A DNA stretch of 64,000 nucleotides. Source: Candidatus Spongiisociaceae bacterium (GTDB lineage: Bacteria; Actinomycetota; Acidimicrobiia; Spongiisociales; Spongiisociaceae). The position numbers and the translations under genes were made by a program. Location: contig OZ243930.1 in the NCBI GenBank assembly GCA_965213975.1, forward strand, positions 2,230,390-2,294,389, given 5' to 3'. The notes under the pieces are model-generated. The model saw only the letters and a program-made list of their open reading frames with translations, was not told the DNA's origin and searched no databases. Positions 59,339 through 64,000 of this stretch are shown here, one piece after another (position 1 is the first letter of the stretch; the number at the start of each line of letters is the position of its first letter).

Positions 59339-61513
59339 CTAACCAGTCTCGGGTGGGCTGGTTAGGCGGAAGACGTTCACTTCGGCCGTCCGGGTGTCCG
59401 AGATATCGAAGGCAAGGCTATCCCCGGCGTCTAGCAGCTCCTCGAACCGGCTCTTGTTGATGGCCACGTAGGGATCGTCGGAAGACTCGCGTGTCGAGTA
59501 CTGGTCGTTGTTGTCATACTCGAGGACCACATAATCGCCGCCGCTCCGGCTGACCACAACCCGATCTTTGGCGGTGTCGGCAACCCGCACGTTGCCCGCG
59601 CCCGTTTCGCCGTCATCGGCCTCCCGGACCCAATAGTGGCGCACCGTGTTGCTTCGGGGGCGGCCGTCGTCCAGCTCGGCCCAGATCTGTTCGGCACCAG
59701 TAGCTTCCGAGTCCCGCCGGTAGGTCACGGTGGCGATGCCGTTGCCGCCGGTGGTGCGGGTCCGCCCCCAGGGGAGCCCCTCGGAGTCGCTCGAGTAGAA
59801 GCGCACCCGACTCCCGGAGATCGGATCCCCGTACTGGTCGGTGAGCCGGACCTGCGCCTGGTTGGATGGGCCGCTGTCCGTATCGCTCGCCTCTTGGTAA
59901 GCGCCTTGAGGGAGGGTCAGGACCAGGCTGGTGGGACGAGTCTCCTCGTCAATCCATTCGAGCTGATGATCGGTCCCCCCGTCGCTGGGGACGACCACGT
60001 TGACGGTGGTCTCGTCGATGAAGGAGAAGCGGGCCCTGGGGTCAAAATCGAGTCTCGCCACGTCGCCTTCATCGGCCGACGGGTCGGCGGGCGGCGTGTA
60101 CGTCCAGGACACTCGTCCCGTTCCATCGGTCTCGATGGTCTCTTGGCTGGTGCTGCGCCTGCTGCTGCCGGGGTCGGTGGTGCGGACGATCAGGTCGATC
60201 TCTACACCGTCCAACTCCACGGCATCGCCGTCACCGTCCACCAGTTGGAAGGTGAACGTGACCGTCTCGCCGAAGGGCAAAGCCTCGGCGGTCTCCTTCA
60301 TGTCGTCCGTAACCTTGATGGCCTCAGCTCGGGGGATTGCGCCGATATCAACTCGGGCATGGGCGGTTCGGTCGACATCGAAGGTGTCGTCGTCCTCCGC
60401 GGTCCAGGCCCAGAAAGTGGCCGGTTGGTTGTCCGGTGCCCTCTCCAACTCCACGTTTCCGTCACCGTCGGTGAACAGGTCACCCGAATCGATGGTGCAG
60501 GGGGTCCCGCCCTCCACCGCATCCGGCCGAGCGGTGCAAGTTCCGTTGTCCTCGAACGTACGGTCCGGGTCAGAGTCGGTGAACACATCCACATACTCGT
60601 CGGCGATCGGCTCGAACTGCTCATCGCGCAGCGACACCAGGATCTTGAGATCCTTACCGTCATGCACCTCAGAGTCGTCCACCTGGATGGTGATCCCCTC
60701 AGGCCGAAGGTTGGTGTGTGCCAAGGTACGGGTGATGAAGGCTGCCATCTGGCCTCTGGTGACGGTGTCGGAAGGCGCAAACATATTGGCGGTCTTGCCC
60801 TTGGTGATACCGAGTTCGTAGACGCGGCGGATCGGCTGGTAAGCGTATCCGGCCGCGTCGTCAAGATCGTCGAAGACGGTGTCGTCGGGGTCTATATCGC
60901 CGAAGTCTTCGACGGTGCCCGGTCCGGGTATCCCGGCTTGGAGGAAGGCGTAGAGATGGGCAGCCATATCCTGGCGGGTAACCGGCTCGTTCGGCTCCCA
61001 ACGGGTTCGGCTGTAGCCTTCCATGATCCCGAGAGCGGCGACCTGGTTGATCATGTTCTGCGTGTCGGCGTCGATCCCGTCGAGGTCGTTGAACCGCTGG
61101 TTTGCGGCAGTGGGGAGGGGGATATCAGCTAGTCGGGCGGCTCTCCAGAGGAATCGGGCCATCTGCACCCGCTTTACCGGATCGGTCGGGCTGTAGAGAT
61201 CGGTGGTGCGCCCCAGCGCGATGCCGTAGTAGGCCAGGCAATTGACCGCACCCTCAAACTGGTGTCCCACCATGTCTGAGAAACCGGCGGATTCGAGTGC
61301 GTCGCCTACGCAGGCGGAGTATCTGGCCGGATGGTCGGCCCGCCCATTCTTGGCCACGCCAGGGAGAGCTACGAGCACCGAGCCGAGGATGACGACGGCA
61401 AGAATCGCGGCCGATCTTCGGTAGGGGTTTGAAACTGGCGACACGAGAGCCTCCCTCACGCCGGACGCGACAACACGGCGGTTACCCCACGAAGATAGTC
61501 CCTTTCCCGCCAT
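59339..61513 (-). CDS. Secreted SLH-domain surface protein, a paralogue of the upstream gene. The true start may be downstream of 61513.
   Basis: Signal/transmembrane region (AAILAVVILGSVLVALPGVA), three SLH-like repeats collinear with the neighbouring gene, then a divergent C-terminal region. Confidence 0.75.
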   Translation of the reverse strand: MAGKGLSSWGNRRVVASGVREALVSPVSNPYRRSAAILAVVILGSVLVALPGVAKNGRADHPARYSACVGDALESAGFSDMVGHQFEGAVNCLAYYGIALGRTTDLYSPTDPVKRVQMARFLWRAARLADIPLPTAANQRFNDLDGIDADTQNMINQVAALGIMEGYSRTRWEPNEPVTRQDMAAHLYAFLQAGIPGPGTVEDFGDIDPDDTVFDDLDDAAGYAYQPIRRVYELGITKGKTANMFAPSDTVTRGQMAAFITRTLAHTNLRPEGITIQVDDSEVHDGKDLKILVSLRDEQFEPIADEYVDVFTDSDPDRTFEDNGTCTARPDAVEGGTPCTIDSGDLFTDGDGNVELERAPDNQPATFWAWTAEDDDTFDVDRTAHARVDIGAIPRAEAIKVTDDMKETAEALPFGETVTFTFQLVDGDGDAVELDGVEIDLIVRTTDPGSSRRSTSQETIETDGTGRVSWTYTPPADPSADEGDVARLDFDPRARFSFIDETTVNVVVPSDGGTDHQLEWIDEETRPTSLVLTLPQGAYQEASDTDSGPSNQAQVRLTDQYGDPISGSRVRFYSSDSEGLPWGRTRTTGGNGIATVTYRRDSEATGAEQIWAELDDGRPRSNTVRHYWVREADDGETGAGNVRVADTAKDRVVVSRSGGDYVVLEYDNNDQYSTRESSDDPYVAINKSRFEELLDAGDSLAFDISDTRTAEVNVFRLTSPPETG

Positions 61514-61735
61514 AATCCGCGGATCTAGCCCGACAAGCCGGACTCTGCGGTCCCATTTCTCGTCCCGGAAGGCGCGACGTCGGGCGCGACGCTATACCCA
61601 GAGGCGATCGAGCGGCAGGGCAATGATGCCCGCGTCCGCTCCCGGTAGCGAATGCTGTGAGGACCGGTGTACAGCACCACGCCAGCCCTGAACCCGGTCG
61701 CCGAGCGTGTCGCGCAGGACACGTGGTCCACGCCC

Positions 61736-61954
61736 CAGCTTCGCTGGGCCCCACCCCCGCCTCACACCGCCGCTTTTGAGCGTGGTTGGCCATGCCCGGG
61801 CTGAAGCCGGGAGACGCTGTGGGCCTTCGCTCATAAGAATTGATTTTCCCGAAAGCCCGGCTGTTTCCGATCGGTCAATACTGCCTCAACGAGCCGGACT
61901 CGGTGCTTAGCAACGGATACCGTATAAGAAGCCTGAGACAAAGGCAACCCCCTT
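61736..61954 (-). repeat. Copy D of the repeat family, in reverse orientation
   Basis: The reverse complement is about 88% identical to copy A over roughly 220 bp. It lies between the ABC ATPase gene and the start of the second SLH gene. Confidence 0.85.
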
Positions 61955-62140
61955 GTTGGGGATTTCTGCTTGATCGGATCATGTCTCCACAACCGGACGC
62001 GCGCAGGAGGACCAGGGCTCACGACTTCCGAGATGACCCGAGACCGCTGGCTATTGGCTACTGAACGGAGCGGGTTGAGGGTTTCTGAATTGACTCAAGG
62101 CCCCAAATGGCCGTTGGCCACTGGAAGCTACTGGCAACTG

Positions 62141-62896
62141 CTACAGGATCTGGCTGAGGAACAGTTTGGTCCGGTCGTGCTGCGGTCGGAGGAAGAAGTG
62201 CTCCGGTGTTCCTTCCTCCACCACGGTTCCGTAGTCGAAGAACAGCACCCGATCGGCCACCTCTCGGGCGAATCCCATCTCGTGGGTGACCACGATCATG
62301 GTCATCCCTGACTCGGCCAACTCCTTCATCACGTCGAGCACCTCTTTGATCATCTCCGGATCGAGCGCCGAGGTGGGCTCATCGAACAACATAATGCGGG
62401 GGTTCATCGCTAGGGCGCGGGCTATCGCCACTCGCTGCTGCTGTCCTCCCGATAGCTGTCCCGGATACTTGTCGGCCTGTTCGGGTATCCCCACCCTCTC
62501 CAGCAGCTTGCGGGCGGCCGCTTCAGCGTCCGAACGGGTCTTATTGCGAACCCAGATAGGGGCCAGAGTGATGTTTTGGATGACCGTGAGATGGGGGAAG
62601 AGGTTGAACTGTTGAAACACCATCCCCACCTCGCGACGAATGGCGTCGATGTTGCGCAGGTCGTTGGTCAACTCCCGGCCGTCAACCACAATCCGACCCT
62701 CCTGGTGGCTCTCGAGCCGGTTGATACAACGGATGAAGGTGGACTTACCTGATCCGGAGGGGCCGATCACAACCACCACTTCACCCCAACCGATCGAGGT
62801 ACTCACGCCAGAGAGGGCTTGGAAGTCGCCGAACCATTTCTTAACGCCTTCGCAAAGGATGGCAGGGGATCCGTTCCTATCCGGCTTAGTCGTCAT
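62141..62896 (-). CDS. Polar amino-acid ABC transporter ATP-binding protein
   Basis: Walker A (GPSGSGKST), signature ([15 protein letters not shown]), Walker B ([11 protein letters not shown]), and a GlnQ/HisP-like length of 251 aa. Confidence 0.92.
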   Translation of the reverse strand: MTTKPDRNGSPAILCEGVKKWFGDFQALSGVSTSIGWGEVVVVIGPSGSGKSTFIRCINRLESHQEGRIVVDGRELTNDLRNIDAIRREVGMVFQQFNLFPHLTVIQNITLAPIWVRNKTRSDAEAAARKLLERVGIPEQADKYPGQLSGGQQQRVAIARALAMNPRIMLFDEPTSALDPEMIKEVLDVMKELAESGMTMIVVTHEMGFAREVADRVLFFDYGTVVEEGTPEHFFLRPQHDRTKLFLSQIL

Positions 62897-62920
62897 GGAG
62901 GCCTCCTCGCTTACGGTCTG

Positions 62921-63997
62921 TCATCGCTCTCCCAGGCCGAGACTTCGCTCGTAGCGGAGGCTCAACCGTGAGATCGTGAAGGTGAATATCCAGTAGAAAA
63001 GTGCCATGAAGAACATCATCTGGGTGAGGGTGCCCTGGAAGTTGGGATCACTCTGCTGGGGTACGAAGTTGCGGGCGATCAGCAGTATGTCCGCTAGGCC
63101 GATGATCGCGACCAGAGACGTGTCCTTGAAGGCGATGATGATCGATCCCACTAGGGCAGGGATCACCGTCCTGATGGCTTGGGGGAGGATGACCAGGGAG
63201 GTGGACTGGACCACGCTCAATCCGGTTGCCCGGGCAGCTTCGTATTGGCCCGTGTTGAGCGCTTGAAGCCCGCCACGGATGTTCTCCGCTACGTACGCGG
63301 AGTTGAAAATGGTGATGGCCCCCACCACTCGGACTATCTCATCGAACTCCACCCCGGCGGGTAGAAAGGCGGTGAGCATGGCCGATCCGAAGAACAGCCA
63401 GGTGATCATCGGCACGCTACGAACCAGCTCGATGTAGCCGGTGGCCAGCATGCGGAAGATGGGTAGGGACGAGGTCCTCGCCAAAGCCAGCACCAACCCG
63501 ATGGGGAGCGACAGCGTGATGCCGCTCACCGCGAGGAGGATGGTGAGATTGAAACCGCCTAGGAAGGTGGTGCTTTGGAACTCCAGGGAGGTGTCGGCCG
63601 CGCCTAAACGGAAGGCGGCCACAATCAAGAACGAAGCTATCAGCCAGGCTCTCAGCAGGTTCGCTCGGCCCTGTTCGGTTCCTCCAAAGACCGGTGCGCT
63701 CAGAACCGCGATCGCCAGCGCAACTATCAGGATTCGATAGATGAAAGGCATGGGGACAAACCAGATCACGAACGAGACCATCGCCAGCCCGGCACCCGCG
63801 GCGCGGATCATCTCCACCGGTTCACGGACCCCAAACGCAGCCGCCACAATGGCTACCCCGAAACCAGCCATAAGAACGGTTGACCACCAAGGTCCTTCCC
63901 CGAAGCCCAAGGACAGCAAGCCGACCAACACGCCGATTGCAGCCACCGCGCCGCTGGTGAGCCTCCGATCGGTCGGTAGTCCGAAGATCCACATCAC
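62921..63997 (-). CDS. Polar amino-acid ABC transporter permease (HisM/GlnP-like). The N-terminus may extend beyond the window edge.
   Basis: The EAA-like loop region (NSAYVAENIRGGLQAL...EAARATGLS) is typical of PAAT-family permeases, and there are multiple transmembrane segments. Confidence 0.85.
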   Translation of the reverse strand: MMWIFGLPTDRRLTSGAVAAIGVLVGLLSLGFGEGPWWSTVLMAGFGVAIVAAAFGVREPVEMIRAAGAGLAMVSFVIWFVPMPFIYRILIVALAIAVLSAPVFGGTEQGRANLLRAWLIASFLIVAAFRLGAADTSLEFQSTTFLGGFNLTILLAVSGITLSLPIGLVLALARTSSLPIFRMLATGYIELVRSVPMITWLFFGSAMLTAFLPAGVEFDEIVRVVGAITIFNSAYVAENIRGGLQALNTGQYEAARATGLSVVQSTSLVILPQAIRTVIPALVGSIIIAFKDTSLVAIIGLADILLIARNFVPQQSDPNFQGTLTQMMFFMALFYWIFTFTISRLSLRYERSLGLGER

Positions 63998-64000
63998 CAG

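Noticed and set aside
57040-61513. Calling the two large secreted proteins adhesins or RTX-like toxins
   Set aside because: Only the N-terminal SLH-like triplet and a generic beta-rich Asp/Thr-rich region can be supported from sequence. No RTX nonapeptide repeats or LPXTG sorting signal are visible.
1-64000. CRISPR arrays, transposases, integrases and phage genes
   Set aside because: I found no regularly spaced short direct repeats, no recognisable IS transposase or tyrosine/serine recombinase ORFs, and no phage structural genes.

Overview
This 64-kb window is high-GC chromosomal DNA from a Gram-positive bacterium, most likely an actinobacterium. Most of the gene order is conserved housekeeping sequence with actinobacterial-type synteny.

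The minus strand carries, in order:
- dnaJ (5'-truncated at the window edge), grpE and dnaK;
- the metX-metY methionine biosynthesis pair followed by a CoA-binding protein;
- recR and dnaX;
- three tRNAs (Tyr, Thr, Met), tuf, rpmG, a fused HadAB-like hotdog dehydratase, an ECF sigma factor with a ZAS anti-sigma factor, tRNA-Trp, then secE-nusG-rplK-rplA-rplJ-rplL-rpoB-rpoC.

The plus strand carries a dGTPase-like HD hydrolase and a mannose-1-phosphate guanylyltransferase. An htpX M48 protease gene follows the ribosomal block.

From about 27.5 to 51.2 kb there is a large nucleoside and 5'-methylthioadenosine (MTA) salvage neighbourhood. It contains:
- a MidA-like methyltransferase;
- a PunA-like purine nucleoside phosphorylase and a DeoD-like phosphorylase;
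- a class II aldolase/SDR fusion, an alpha/beta hydrolase, and an S51-like/CysRS-C-like fusion protein;
- two SDRs, a DUF985 cupin, an MtaD-like deaminase and MtnA;
- a BMP-family nucleoside ABC transporter;
- a LysR regulator, ino1, a BisC-like molybdoenzyme, adenosine deaminase and uridine phosphorylase.

The 3' end of the window holds a rhodanese, an unusual Nfo-like AP-endonuclease fused to a LigD-type primase-polymerase, tRNA-Lys followed by an AbiEii-like nucleotidyltransferase/HTH pair, two tandem paralogous SLH-domain surface proteins, and a polar amino-acid ABC transporter.

Four copies of a roughly 220-bp non-coding intergenic repeat are the main feature I cannot assign to any known family. 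No CRISPR array, transposase or integrase is visible.
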